Positions 1 to 11,488 of a stretch of DNA of 64,000 nt are shown here, piece by piece. Position 1 is the first letter of the stretch; each line of letters starts with the position of its first letter. Source of the stretch: Eukaryota sp. TZLM1-RC (lineage: Eukaryota > Protista > Metamonada: BaSk clade). The translations under genes were made by a program, and so were the position numbers. The stretch is taken from positions 558,001 to 622,000 of the forward strand of contig JAUPSS010000002.1 of assembly GCA_040285825.1 (NCBI GenBank). The letters run 5' to 3'. The notes beneath the pieces are model-generated. The model saw only the letters and a list, made by a program, of their open reading frames with translations, made no database searches and had not been told where the DNA came from.

Positions 1-156
1 TTTCTACCAAATTTGTTATTTACATTTGAGTTGGAAATAAGTCTCATTGGTGCCCAAAATAATCCAACTAAATCAACTGTTATTAGACAAAACAAAACAA
101 AAATTTGCCTATGTATTATTTCTCCATTGGTCAATTGTGATAGGGTCATTACTGAA

Positions 157-1195
157 TTACTCTTTCACCCAATATTTGGGCTAAATGTTTCCCCTCTGAT
201 ATTGTGGAACTTCCTTCAAGAAGCTTGCTCTCCTTACCACTGACTTTTGCAAAATTGCAGAAAAAAATCTTGAAAGTTTTAGAAAACTTGGATTATATTG
301 TACGTCTTAGCTTGGCTAAGGAAAAAAATCCCGTTTTTGCAAACTTTTTGATTGATCTTGAAGACAGTTGTTCAAGTTGCCTAATCTCCCAAATTCCCAA
401 CATTTATGGCCTTCTACTTAATGATCACCAATGGACCACTGCAATGAGAATGAGATGTTTTCTATGGCCTTGTTCATTACCAAATGATTTAATTTGTCGC
501 TGCAAGAGTGTTGTTACGCTTTCCCGTATTTTAAACTGTAAGTATTTTATAACTTATCGCTCAATTGTTCATGACTCAGTTCGTGATCAATTATATGCCA
601 TGTGCAAAAGTTTCAATATAGAGGCATTTATTGAGCCACTAGTACGTAAGCTGTCTTCAGATCAAACTGATGATTCCTGTGGTAAAAGAAGGGCAGATTT
701 AGTAGCTCCAGGGATCGATGGTGTTCTCAATGTTGTAGATGTTGTCTCAGTTGATGTTTGCAAAAATTCTGCTGCTCGTTTAGTGTATTCCGCTGATTCG
801 CCGTTATCTAACGCCGAAAAGAAGAAGATAAAAAAACATGAAGAATCTTTGGCAGAGCTAGGTAGAGTGGAACATGTGAAATATCAGTTTGTGTTGTTTG
901 CAATTTATCTTTTTGGCAATATTGGACCTTCAGGGTTGCGCTTTTTTGAAAATTTTAAAAAAGTGTGACTGAATAGGTCTGGTAAAACAATGAACTCCAC
1001 TTTCTGGTTAAATAGAATTGCTTTTTGCATTTTCAAGTCTATTCCTACAATGATTTCAAAGGCACTTTTAGCTATCGGTGTAGAATATGAACGTAATGCT
1101 GTGAGTAGGTTCAGTAATAGTGACGCTTGTTTGGAGGATATTGAATTCTAGATGGTTATTTTTATCTCAATAAATATTCCAGTTTTTTAAAAACA
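157..1195 (+). mobile_element. 5'-truncated RLE non-LTR retrotransposon (family B), C-terminal Zn-knuckle and endonuclease region
   Basis: ORF 204-968 has CRC..LNC, RSIVHDSVRD and RRADLV..DVVSVD..AEKKKIKK motifs; the frame continues past one TGA to ..LEDIEF* at 1151. AATAAA and an A-rich tail follow. Direct repeat GTCATTACTGAA at 145-156 and 1196-1207. Confidence 0.85.
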
Positions 1196-1228
1196 GTCAT
1201 TACTGAAATGAACATTATTAAAAGGTTA

Positions 1229-1569
1229 ATGAAAATTCTCATGCCCAATATAATTTATGTCCATTTGTTTTTTCTTTGCTTGGATCTCTAGGTAAGGCTG
1301 CTATGGCTTTCCTTGAGGATTTTGTTGTAGTTGTAAAGGAAAGAACTGGAAGAATTTTCAATCGTGTTTACTGGCAAAACAGGATTGTATTTTCTATTTT
1401 TAAGGGAATGGTAACACTAATTTCTGATTCACTATCTTCTTTTGGGAAATTTTCTGAATCTTTAGCGATTAATTGTTTTGATGTAGGGGAGGCAGGTTTT
1501 GAGGATGTGGAGTTTTAATTGTGTATTTCATATTTGTTGTTGAATAAAAATAAATATTTTAAAAAAAAA
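1229..1569 (+). mobile_element. 3' terminal fragment of an RLE non-LTR retrotransposon (family D)
   Basis: ORF 1276-1518 (LGSLGKAA..YWQNRIVFSIFKG..EDVEF) resembles the C-termini of the other families; A-rich tail; about 47-bp direct repeat at 1182-1228 and 1570-1616. Confidence 0.8.
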
Positions 1570-1689
1570 GTTTTTTAAAAAAAGTCATTACTGAAATGAA
1601 CATTATTAAAATGTTATCCATAAATCTGAATCAGTTTCTGAGCGCAAAAAATTAATTTCATAAGAATAATGACTTCATCATTCTCAAGT

Positions 1690-1810
1690 CTTGCTTGACT
1701 GAATATGTTTGCAATGGCTGAATCCAGAATGAGTGGTAATGAAAGGCCTCAATATCTCTGTAGTAGATAGTTTCTGTTTTTATTGCACGAAAATTGATCG
1801 TGTATTTACA
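1690..1810 (+). pseudogene. Fanzor 3'-end remnant (family of the 36537 copy) with conserved downstream non-coding sequence
   Basis: Translates LNMFAMAESRMSGNERPQYLCSR* (stop 1768-1770), near-identical to the C-terminus of ORF 36537-37394. Downstream CACGAAAAT.GATCG.GTATTTA is shared with that copy. Confidence 0.85.
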
Positions 1811-1879
1811 ATACCATTAATCAATCCATTTGGCTGGCCTTGAAATACCCTTCATTGTCTACACTGGGTACTCTTAACA

Positions 1880-4800
1880 ATGGCTACTCTTAACAGTGCT
1901 TCCATAATGGCTTCTATAGAGTTCTATTTTCTCAATAATCTCCATGGACATGCTCTCTACTTAATCAATGAGGCTCTTGAACGACATGGTTCAGACCTTA
2001 CTCTTCGTTTTTGGCGTTCTGTATGTACAGCTTTCTTGGGACTCCACACTGAATCTATCAGAGACCTTCAACGTCTAAAAGAGTCCTCACTAACCTTCTC
2101 AGTCCACTGTGCTCTCATTCACATCCATAATCTTTCCCTCTTCACTGATGAACATGTCTTATCTGAACTTGTTGATAATTGCGAGGATGCAGAAGGCAAT
2201 GCTTCCTCTCAAGACCTTCTGACCGCTGCTCGCTTCTTTTGGCTGTCAAATGATGTCATAAGATCTCGTGATATTATTGCCAGACTTTTCAAAAGAACAT
2301 CAGAACCATGTTTTGAATCCTTAGCGCTCCGTGGTTGGCTTGAATATTCCTTGTCTTTAAGAATAACAGAAAAGACCAGGAAAACTGAACGATTAAAGAA
2401 AGGCGTCAAGGCCTTCAAAGCTTCTATTAAACTTGATGATTCGAATCCTAGCTCCAGAATAGGCCATGCTTTGTGCTTGGCTGAGGCAGGGGCCTCGAAT
2501 CCATGTTCACCACTTCAATCACTAATCAATCAATCAGATTTGACTGCTATTCAAGAGTGTCGATTATTGATTAGCTCAAAATTACGTGATTGGTCAACGG
2601 TTCTCTCCATTGCTGAGTCACTATCACGTGGAGGGAGTTTGATGGGGACTGAATCAGCAATTCTCTGTTTGCTTGGCAAAAATGGGGAACCTTTCTCAAT
2701 TGATATCGTTTCTCAATACACTAGCCACTTGGTCAATGTTCTGCTGGAGAAGGAAGTTGGGAATTCTACACTTTACTCAAACTTTGCTCTTTCCATTCTG
2801 GTCTTGGGGAAATCTTTGGAAGTCAGCAATGATGACGTTTCCAAGCAGATAATAACCCACAGTAATCGATTACTCTATTCCTTAACCAAGGGAGATTCCG
2901 CTGCGGTGTCCTCCAATGTTCACGTGAAACTTCTTTTGGTTAAGGTTAAGTACAAGCTTTTATTGGAAGAATTTGATGCCGCTAAGGAATTGATTCAGCT
3001 ACTTAATCAGAAATTATCAGACCAACAGCTCAAAAATGCATCAACTGATGACGTGTCTGATGATATGTCTTTTGAACTAGAATTAATCAGTATTGATTGT
3101 CACTTATCTTCATTAGAGTCTATGATTATCAACAATGAAATTGAATCTGCGGCTTCCCAATTATCGTTGATACAAGATTTAATAGTTACTATTGATGTTG
3201 AAAGCTTCAATTCTATTCCTTTTATCAATGGTTATTGGACCATTTTACTGGCAAAACTAGGATATTTGAAAGTCGTTTTGGGTCATCTGACAGGGTCTTT
3301 GTCCCGGTCTGAGGTGCTGTCTGGACTATCTGAATCAATCAGACTGTGTTTGAAATACCTTGACTTTTCCGATTGCGTTGGGATTTCTTCACCAGTCGTG
3401 CAGTTTTTGACCTTCTTTTTTGACCTGTTGTCGGCATTCTTCAACGTTTATGGCCCAGTCAGATTGAGTCCAGTTGCTTCCCATTTGCCTTTTGAGCTTC
3501 CAATTTCTCTTATGAATTGTCTATTGAATTTATTCCCAACACATCCGGTTCTGTTGATGTTTCAATCAAAAATCACGTGTATTACTGACCCCACCGATTC
3601 TTCAGTTGCCCAATCAATCAAAATAATTGACAATTTAACCCAATCATTTGAAGATTCTGCTCAAGTACATCTTATCAAGGCACAGTGTCTTTATCCAATG
3701 TTTAACATAATCGACCAGTCCAAATTGATCACGTCATCAGCTCAAAATTCCACATCATCATCACGTGATCTGGTTGCTCTATCCCACACTTTGGAAACAG
3801 TTATCTCTTTTGATTTTTCAGTTCGTAAGACCCAAATGTATTTATTTCTGAATTCACTTAATTGTTTTTTAAAGAATGATTTTGAATCTGTCTTGACTAA
3901 TTTTCAAAGCTTCTTACCCGGTCTGGCTAATTTTTTGGGTCAGTCTTCAAAAGCGTCACCTGACACAAAGGGGTCAATCAATCAGTTATCCATTATGACT
4001 CGGTCAGGATTCTTTAATGGAAAATTTCTTTCCCAATCATTTTTGATTGATTGTTTTTATTTTGCCAGTTTGGCTCTTTATTCCAAAACTTCTTCTGTTG
4101 AAATCTCCAGAAATTTACTTGAAAATGCTGTGATTTTAGTTCAAAATGATGACGAAATGGTATCAAAACTTCATCTTTACCGTTCCATTTTTGAACTTTC
4201 CCCAAGCATTTCTTCTGTCCCCTTGGCCACTGACAGTCTTGCCAAGATCAAATCTCATTCAGAAGCTTTCACCCCCGGAAAATTAATCCAAGCAGAAATT
4301 TATTTGTCTAAGGATATTAGCATTAATAAGTATTTAAAGTGTTTTAGTGATCTACTGAACAATGTCAAAGGTTCTGAATCTGATGTCTATGCCCTCCAAG
4401 GAGATGCTTTTCTCAAAGTGAGTCGACCAAAAGCCGCTCACGAATCATTCAAGAAAGCTCTTGACTTTCTTGAAAAGTCTGGAAATTCTGAACATATTAC
4501 AAAAAAGAAAGCCTTTATGACTGCTAAGATTGCCAATCTACATTGTAGTTGTCATCAGTTTGCCTCTGCTGTCTCTTATTACGAGACTGCGATTGATTTA
4601 TTTCCTGAACCCCGCATTATTTTAGATTTCGTTCATTTACTTCGCCAATTAAATCGAGATGATTATGCCAAGGAGTTACTTGATAAGACAAATTTAACTG
4701 ATTCATCCAACGAACCAGTCAAGAGCAGTCCAGATGATGACGTGATGTCAGTCGAGAACAATGAGTTATTGGAGCTGGCAAAGACTGCAGAAGAGGAAGG

Positions 4801-5935
4801 TGACATTGATTCAGCAATCAATCATTGGAAAGGTTACCTGACTGGTTGTGGGGAATTTAAGTTTGAAGGATTTATGAAGTTTTGCCTATTGCTACGTAAA
4901 AAAGGTAAGCTTTCTGAATTGTTACCTGTTTTAGAAACAGTGAAGAAGCACCATAATCATGAACAATCCCCCCACGTGAACTTTCTCAAAGGAATGTACT
5001 TTCGTTACAGATCATCCTATAAGAAAGCTTTGGAACAGTTTACCTTGGCAAGTCATGATTTAGCTTTGAAAGAAAGTTCGCTTTTGCAAATGGTCACTAT
5101 TTATCTCTATGTTGGTGGAGTTTTTAGAATCCCTGAAAAAAAGTCGATTTTCAAGAGAAAAACTAATGAAAATTCCTCTGCTGTAGATTCAAGCATAAGT
5201 AATGTTGTTACTGACGTTATGAAAAAGCAACACAATGTAGACGTCACGGCCTACACAAAGCAAGATTCAGCCAAGATTGCTCTCCAAACATCTGCTGAAG
5301 AACTCTTGGAACGTATCCCACCTGGTTTTTTTTCTGATGATCGATTACTTGGAATATACAACACTTATTGTAAGTTGATCTCCAATGATAAACCTTTAAT
5401 CACCGATGCATGTTCCTATGCCTTTGCTGCTTACTCTGGTGACATGGACTGGTTTCCTGGTGCTCTGTGCATAGCGGTCTGCTATATACACTCTGATCAA
5501 GCACCCAAAGCCAGAACTATTCTTAAAAGACTATGTAAAACCACCCCCAGTGTCGAATTTGAAGAAGAGTATCAATTGGCTTGTCTGATTTTAGCTCAAC
5601 TGTATATTCAATCAAAAAAGTTTGAATATGCTGTGGAACTTTGTGATAAAGTTTTGGCAATTAATTGTTCTTCATCGTTGGCTTGGGAACTGAAAGGTGA
5701 TATTGATGAAAGTGATCATGCTTATAGAGATGCTGCCCAAAAGTTTGAAAGGGCATGGGCTTTGTGTGCAAAGGAAAGTTCGGTTGTTGGTTATAAATTA
5801 GCATTTAATTATCTAAAGGCCGGGCAGTTATTGGATGCTATTGATGTCTGCCATGCAGTTCTTCGCAACAATCCTGGGTATTCTGCCATTGTAGACGGAG
5901 TGTTGTTGAAAGCAAAAGCAGCAATTAAACCATAA
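1880..5935 (+). CDS. IFT139: IFT-A subunit IFT139/TTC21B-like TPR protein
   Basis: 1351-aa TPR-rich protein; the C-terminus AWELKG..AYRDAA..AW..VGYKLAFNYLKA..DAIDVCH.VL..P.Y is characteristic of TTC21B. Confidence 0.85.
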   Translation: MATLNSASIMASIEFYFLNNLHGHALYLINEALERHGSDLTLRFWRSVCTAFLGLHTESIRDLQRLKESSLTFSVHCALIHIHNLSLFTDEHVLSELVDNCEDAEGNASSQDLLTAARFFWLSNDVIRSRDIIARLFKRTSEPCFESLALRGWLEYSLSLRITEKTRKTERLKKGVKAFKASIKLDDSNPSSRIGHALCLAEAGASNPCSPLQSLINQSDLTAIQECRLLISSKLRDWSTVLSIAESLSRGGSLMGTESAILCLLGKNGEPFSIDIVSQYTSHLVNVLLEKEVGNSTLYSNFALSILVLGKSLEVSNDDVSKQIITHSNRLLYSLTKGDSAAVSSNVHVKLLLVKVKYKLLLEEFDAAKELIQLLNQKLSDQQLKNASTDDVSDDMSFELELISIDCHLSSLESMIINNEIESAASQLSLIQDLIVTIDVESFNSIPFINGYWTILLAKLGYLKVVLGHLTGSLSRSEVLSGLSESIRLCLKYLDFSDCVGISSPVVQFLTFFFDLLSAFFNVYGPVRLSPVASHLPFELPISLMNCLLNLFPTHPVLLMFQSKITCITDPTDSSVAQSIKIIDNLTQSFEDSAQVHLIKAQCLYPMFNIIDQSKLITSSAQNSTSSSRDLVALSHTLETVISFDFSVRKTQMYLFLNSLNCFLKNDFESVLTNFQSFLPGLANFLGQSSKASPDTKGSINQLSIMTRSGFFNGKFLSQSFLIDCFYFASLALYSKTSSVEISRNLLENAVILVQNDDEMVSKLHLYRSIFELSPSISSVPLATDSLAKIKSHSEAFTPGKLIQAEIYLSKDISINKYLKCFSDLLNNVKGSESDVYALQGDAFLKVSRPKAAHESFKKALDFLEKSGNSEHITKKKAFMTAKIANLHCSCHQFASAVSYYETAIDLFPEPRIILDFVHLLRQLNRDDYAKELLDKTNLTDSSNEPVKSSPDDDVMSVENNELLELAKTAEEEGDIDSAINHWKGYLTGCGEFKFEGFMKFCLLLRKKGKLSELLPVLETVKKHHNHEQSPHVNFLKGMYFRYRSSYKKALEQFTLASHDLALKESSLLQMVTIYLYVGGVFRIPEKKSIFKRKTNENSSAVDSSISNVVTDVMKKQHNVDVTAYTKQDSAKIALQTSAEELLERIPPGFFSDDRLLGIYNTYCKLISNDKPLITDACSYAFAAYSGDMDWFPGALCIAVCYIHSDQAPKARTILKRLCKTTPSVEFEEEYQLACLILAQLYIQSKKFEYAVELCDKVLAINCSSSLAWELKGDIDESDHAYRDAAQKFERAWALCAKESSVVGYKLAFNYLKAGQLLDAIDVCHAVLRNNPGYSAIVDGVLLKAKAAIKP

Positions 5936-6369
5936 ATTTTGTCTGTTTAAACAGATTTCCTACAACGATTTAGGAAGTTTAGGAAATGTATTAATGCAAA
6001 TGTATTATTTATTTTTTGTTTTTGATCTTTTCCTCAGGGATCCGAAAAAATACATCTTTTTTTACATTGTATTTTATTTAATAAAGTGTAGTATTGAAAT
6101 AAAGTGTAGTACTTTCCTTCAATTTTATAGCAGTGTTACCCAAAGGCATTATTATCTTCATGGTAATAGGTATGTTTCTTTAATTCCAGTAAGTGGGAAT
6201 CTTACGCTATCCTACATTCTTACGGCTACAATTATTGTTATAATACAATGGAGCAAACTGAAAACATCCAATAAGTTATTGGAGGCCACAGGGTCAACAC
6301 ATATTGTTTTCTATTCAAATGTGTAAAGATTGAAGTTCTCTTTATCACTAGAAAAATACAGCACTGACT

Positions 6370-6473
6370 TTCTTTTCTTTTTTAATTTTCTTTTTTAATT
6401 TTCTTTTTTAATTTTCTTTTTTAATTTTCTTTTTTTAATTTTCTTTTTTTAATTTTCTTTTTAATTTTTTTCT
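6370..6473. repeat. Minisatellite of about 7 AATTTTCTTTTTT units
   Basis: Directly visible 12-14-bp tandem units. Confidence 0.9.
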
Positions 6474-6939
6474 TGACTATGGGTTCGAGGTAAAAGCAGG
6501 TAAAAATGGAAAGAAATATCGAGCGCCTGATCCTACTCCTCACAGCAGAGCAATGGTTCCAATGAATTACTCACTTAGAAGAAGTGTAATTATCTTTGGA
6601 ATTTTTAATTCAACTCTGTTATTAATATGTTTCATGATATCGATCCACAGTTGAAACTATTCTGAGTACTAGTTCAGGAATGTATGAGTTTTCTCGCCAC
6701 TGCTTCTGTTATTCGATGAAAGAAGCGAGGCAGTCTAATAATTACATCGAATTGAATTTGTAATATTACTCAAAAAAAGTCAACTCAAAAAAAGGTTGAT
6801 GAAATTGGTCATTTTTTGGAATTTGAGTTCAATTTTTCAAACAATGATTTGGTAATTTCATCATTTTTTCCTAAAAACGAAATTAAATGACAAAAAGCAT
6901 CAAATGAAAATAATTTTGCTTGAATTTCAATACCATAAA

Positions 6940-7230
6940 CTATTGTAGAAACTGGAGAATTCAAAAGTAAAACACATTTAAGTAAATTAAGTCGAAGGCC
7001 ACTTTTTTAGTAATTGAACTTTTATTAAACTTACACACTTGACACAATAAACTCATAACTAATGGGACGAAATTCATTGAACCAAGATTTCCTCTATAAA
7101 ATCTTGATCTGCTTGCTGTCTAGCTAAAACTTCTCTAATTCGATTGAAAAACCGAGGTAATCTATTAATAATGGCAAATTGAATTCGAGAGCGCCATTTC
7201 AGGTATATTGCCATTGAATGATTGGGGAAA
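6940..7230 (-). mobile_element. Rearranged fragments of RLE retrotransposon family A, including its 3' end
   Basis: WRSRIQFAIINRLPRFFNRIRE..EEILVQ* matches the end of ORF 62018-63379; RT-region pieces at about 6925-7000. Confidence 0.75.
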
Positions 7231-7555
7231 ACATCATCCATATAAGCCAAAAATCTTGAATGAACGAAACATTGTTTAAATTTGTAATAAAATTGGATGA
7301 ATTGCCAGACAGAATAAATAGTCCTCAGACACATTTTTAAAATCAACAATAACTGATATCCTATATCCTCAAGAATTTAATGACGACAAATTTTCGTCAT
7401 TTCCTTGAACAACAATTGGCTTGTTATTGAACTCCGTAATGTTATGCAAATTCAATTTAATGTATTCCATCTAGACACTAAACAACACAAACTAAAATTC
7501 TAAATCTGCATATCTCACATAAGCCAAAAAGTTTTGATTCACTTCATCCTGTAGT

Positions 7556-9567
7556 CTCTGAGAGCTTACATAATATTTTTTCTGTGTGTTGCTTAAGCAG
7601 GTTCAACGAGAAAGCAAAACAAATTTTATTACCCTTTCAATATGGTATTAATACCACAGATCTCTTCAGCGATATTTGCTGCTGATGTTTTATTTCGCCA
7701 AAATGAATCCAATGTTTGTATGTCATTGGATTATTAATGCTTTCAATTCACTCAGTCGTCGCAGTATCCATGGTGCTCTATTGCAATATATGCCGGAATT
7801 AATACCGTATTTTCAATCAACATATTGCACATATTCCTATTTTCCTTTTTTTAATAACATTTTGAGTTCATCAAGTGGTGTAAAGCATGGGGATCCGTTA
7901 GTACCTCTTTTGTTTTGTTTGGCCATTCATCCTATTTTACTGCAAATTCAAGAGATGTTTCCTTCACTAAAAATGATTACATATATGGATGATGTTGTGC
8001 TTATTGGTGATTTAAATATTGTGAAACAAGCAACTATATGTTTTAAAGAATTATTTACCAAAATTGGTCTCCGACTTAATTTACCTAAATGTGTTTTGTT
8101 ATCGAATTCTCCAGTTTCCACAATAGTTGATGGTATTGAAATTCAAGCCAAATTATATTCAATTGATGCTATTCGTCATTTGGGTTCGTTTTTAGGAAAT
8201 AATGATGAAATTACCAAAAAATTGTTTGAAAAGTTGAACTCAATTTCTGACAAAATTGACCGAATGATGAATTTAGATATAAAAAAACACATCAAATTTA
8301 CCATTATAAGACGACTGTGTTTTAGTTCCAATTGTAATCATATATATCGATCTACAAATCCTCTTGTCACTAGACCTTTGGCTCAGAAGTTTAATGAGTT
8401 ACGTGCAAAAGTTCTGTCTCAATTACTGGGATGTAAAATGTTTCAACTTCCAGATCATGCTTACCTTAGTCCACATTATGGCGGTTTAGGGTGGACGAAG
8501 GCTTCTATTCTTACCTCGTGTGCTTTTGTTGGTGGATGCAGAGATGCAATCTTTGAGTTTTCCGAAAGTTTTGCAGATTGGGAAAATTTATTGATGACAA
8601 CGCAAAGTTCCACTGTTTTTGCATTAAATGAAGAAATTTCAAAAATTGATGTAGAAAAATGGGGGCGATGTTTTCCCCAATCATTCAATGGCAATATTCC
8701 AGAAAAAATGTTTTAAATTTGAAGTACACTCTTCGAACATTACAGAAACGATTGACTGGATTGTAAGAAAAAGATCTTTATAATAATATATGCAGCTCGG
8801 CTGTTTTAAATCAAGATCTTCACTCATTGTTATTGGAAAAGGGTGTTTGTGAAAACAAGTCGTCAGATTCTTCACTTTTTGTACCACGAAGATTTGGATT
8901 GTGTGCCACTAATGAAGCATTTGTAACAAAAATGAGATTATATTTGAACATCCCCATTAATCAATTATTATCAAAAGAAAAATGTATTTGTTCGAATTCA
9001 CCTCAACTCACTTTGCGCCATGCTCTGAATTGCTCTAAATTGATAACTTATCGTTCTTCATTACATGATGCTGTTAGAGACACTGTTTTCAATATGGCAC
9101 AAACTGCAAGGATATCGTGTATCAAAGAGCCCCTGCTGAAGGAAACACTTTCTCTGAATAATTTTGGTTCTGATGATAGAGGTGATGTATACTGTGATTG
9201 GATTGATAATTCTGAAGCTATTGTTGACTTTGTCTCATGTAATGTTGCAAATGATACTTTGGTTCACAGAAAAAAACTTAATCCTGTGGCTGCTCTGGAT
9301 TTTAAAGCAAAAGAGAAACATAGAAAATATGATAAAGATATTGAAGAGGCTAATGTCGATAGAAATACACAGCTGGTTTTTATTGCTTTCCCATTTTCGA
9401 TAAATGGAAGCTTATCAGTTGAAGCAGAAACTTTTTTGGATGACTTCCAAAAAATGGTGCAAGAAAAAACAATGAAAAGATTTGATATTTTTTTATGGCG
9501 TTCACGGATTCAATTTGCCATTAGTTATGAGTTAATTTAATTAAGTGAGCAAATTCAATAAATACAG
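7556..9567 (+). mobile_element. 5'-truncated, degenerate RT-RLE non-LTR retrotransposon (family A)
   Basis: RT motifs NAFNS, GVKHGDPL and YMDD; CIC..HALNC, HDAVRD, RGDV..D and K.KEKHRKY; frameshift near 8716; 18-bp TSD TTCAYTTCATCCTGTAGT at 7538-7555 and 9568-9585. Confidence 0.9.
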
Positions 9568-9643
9568 TTCATTTCATCCTGTAGTAATCTCAACGTTTTT
9601 GAACAGCAACAATCTCTATTTTACATTTTTGTTCTCATATCCG

Positions 9644-11077
9644 ATGTCGTTCCCCCATCCTGTGCTTCGTTATGTCCTACATCAGGTTAATACTCTTGAT
9701 GTTTCCTTCTTTTCTCTGAATGAAGCTGGACTCATTTCTGATGGAGCTGCTGAGTTTTTGACCATGCTCAGTGAAGTATCGCCACACGAACAAACCGAAA
9801 TGGTCCTATCTGATTTCAATCAAACATTGAACATTTTTATCGAAGCACTTGCTTTATCTTCCCCTGCACCCCTTGTCCGGGTTTTGACATTTATGTATCA
9901 CCTACTACATAGAGATGAAACTTTGCACATATTTAGTTCATCTGAATCTATTTCTACACTGGTAGATCTTTTTTTAACCATTGCACAGTCGAAAATACCA
10001 CTACCAAAATCACTGGCGTTAATAAATGCGGCTACCATTTTCCGTAGTCTACACAAACCTGCTAATGATCCTCAATTGACAACATTGATATCTTTACTGA
10101 ACTCTGCATTCGATAATATCACCTCGACAACAGACAAGCAGAACCACTCAAGTGATGACCTGTTGATGTTACCTGACGTTTTATTTGCAGAAGCACTGTT
10201 ACGAGCCTTGGCTGAACTCATGAGATGTGTAGACATTAGAAGATCTATCGTGAACCAGGTTGTTCCAAGGCTTCGATTGTTATTTCAAAAGTTCAATTCC
10301 AGTACCCAAATTGTTTATTGTTGTTTGGTTAGTTTGTGGTTGTTGTCCTTTGATTATGATAATTATAATGTTTTCCTCAATCATGGAGTCTTTCAAATCA
10401 TTTCAAACCTTATTACTGTGCAAGCAAGTGATTTTCGTGAACCATTGATTAGATTGTGTCTCTGTATCCTTAATAATGCACTTTCACATGAAATAGATGA
10501 CGTTTCATTAACAATTTTGGACCTTAACCTAGCTAGTCTAGCTCGTAGGTTTATTGAAAGAAAATGGAAAGACACCGATATTAAAGCAGAGAGTACTAGG
10601 TTTTTGAGTAATATTGAACATCTTCAACGGCAATACAGCTCCTGGGATGTCTATGTTAAAGAGATACATAACTTCCGATTTAAATGGTCACCACCTCATC
10701 AGTCTGATATATTTTGGTCTCAAAACATTGCAAAGTTTGAAAGAGACGGGTTTTTATTAGTCCGCATGTTGCTTTCTTATCTAGATTGTTACGGCAAAGT
10801 GTTGTATGGGTCCCTTCCGTCGGACACTTGTATTTCGTTCGAACAACAGGGGAGAACTGTGCAAGTTGATGTAGATAGAGGGTCATTCAATAGAGATAGT
10901 GTCAGTGTTGTATTGAATGATTTGCAAAGATTCATTTCTCAACATCCAGTTGGCAAACAAATTGTAAACAAGTTGAATGGAAAGGAAATAGTGTCACGCT
11001 TATTGATTGATAGTGATTCAAGCATTTCCCGTGATGCTTTAATATGTGTGCAAACTTTGTTAATAACGTTCAAGTGA
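9644..11077 (+). CDS. ATP6V1H: V-type ATPase subunit H
   Basis: Motifs Q..Y.....LWLLSF, R.W.D.DI, SSWD.Y..E....WSPPH.S..FW..N and GK..V..L.GKE.V..L. The ATG at 9644 is preferred because the upstream GTG lies in the retroelement tail. Confidence 0.92.
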   Translation: MSFPHPVLRYVLHQVNTLDVSFFSLNEAGLISDGAAEFLTMLSEVSPHEQTEMVLSDFNQTLNIFIEALALSSPAPLVRVLTFMYHLLHRDETLHIFSSSESISTLVDLFLTIAQSKIPLPKSLALINAATIFRSLHKPANDPQLTTLISLLNSAFDNITSTTDKQNHSSDDLLMLPDVLFAEALLRALAELMRCVDIRRSIVNQVVPRLRLLFQKFNSSTQIVYCCLVSLWLLSFDYDNYNVFLNHGVFQIISNLITVQASDFREPLIRLCLCILNNALSHEIDDVSLTILDLNLASLARRFIERKWKDTDIKAESTRFLSNIEHLQRQYSSWDVYVKEIHNFRFKWSPPHQSDIFWSQNIAKFERDGFLLVRMLLSYLDCYGKVLYGSLPSDTCISFEQQGRTVQVDVDRGSFNRDSVSVVLNDLQRFISQHPVGKQIVNKLNGKEIVSRLLIDSDSSISRDALICVQTLLITFK

Positions 11078-11488
11078 TTCATTACAAAGCACCGATAACT
11101 AAAACAGTTTTCATGATCAGCTAAGTTATTGTAGATATGTATAAAGAATCAACTAGTCCTACAATGACTGACATTGACATAACTTCAAACAAGGAAAAAT
11201 ACATTGATATAGTCGTAGAACTTCTGGAAAGCAAACATCAACAAACACCGGACTCTGGAAGTATTGGTGAATACTGGAAATTCAATAAGTCAAGATAAGA
11301 TAAGTCCTTTGACAAGAGATTTGTTGTGTTCATTGTTATTGTCATTCAAAGACTTCAAAAGACTGATCATAGAATTTCAAAGACTTCAAAAGATCGAAAG
11401 TGATTAGATTAAGAGCTTCTTTTTTGGTCTTCCATTCAAGCTTAGACATAAGTATAGATATATATTTTCTTCATCACCTTTACCAATC

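Noticed and set aside
5994-6326. 110-aa ORF downstream of IFT139
   Set aside because: AT-rich low-complexity translation with no motif; probably 3' UTR or intergenic.
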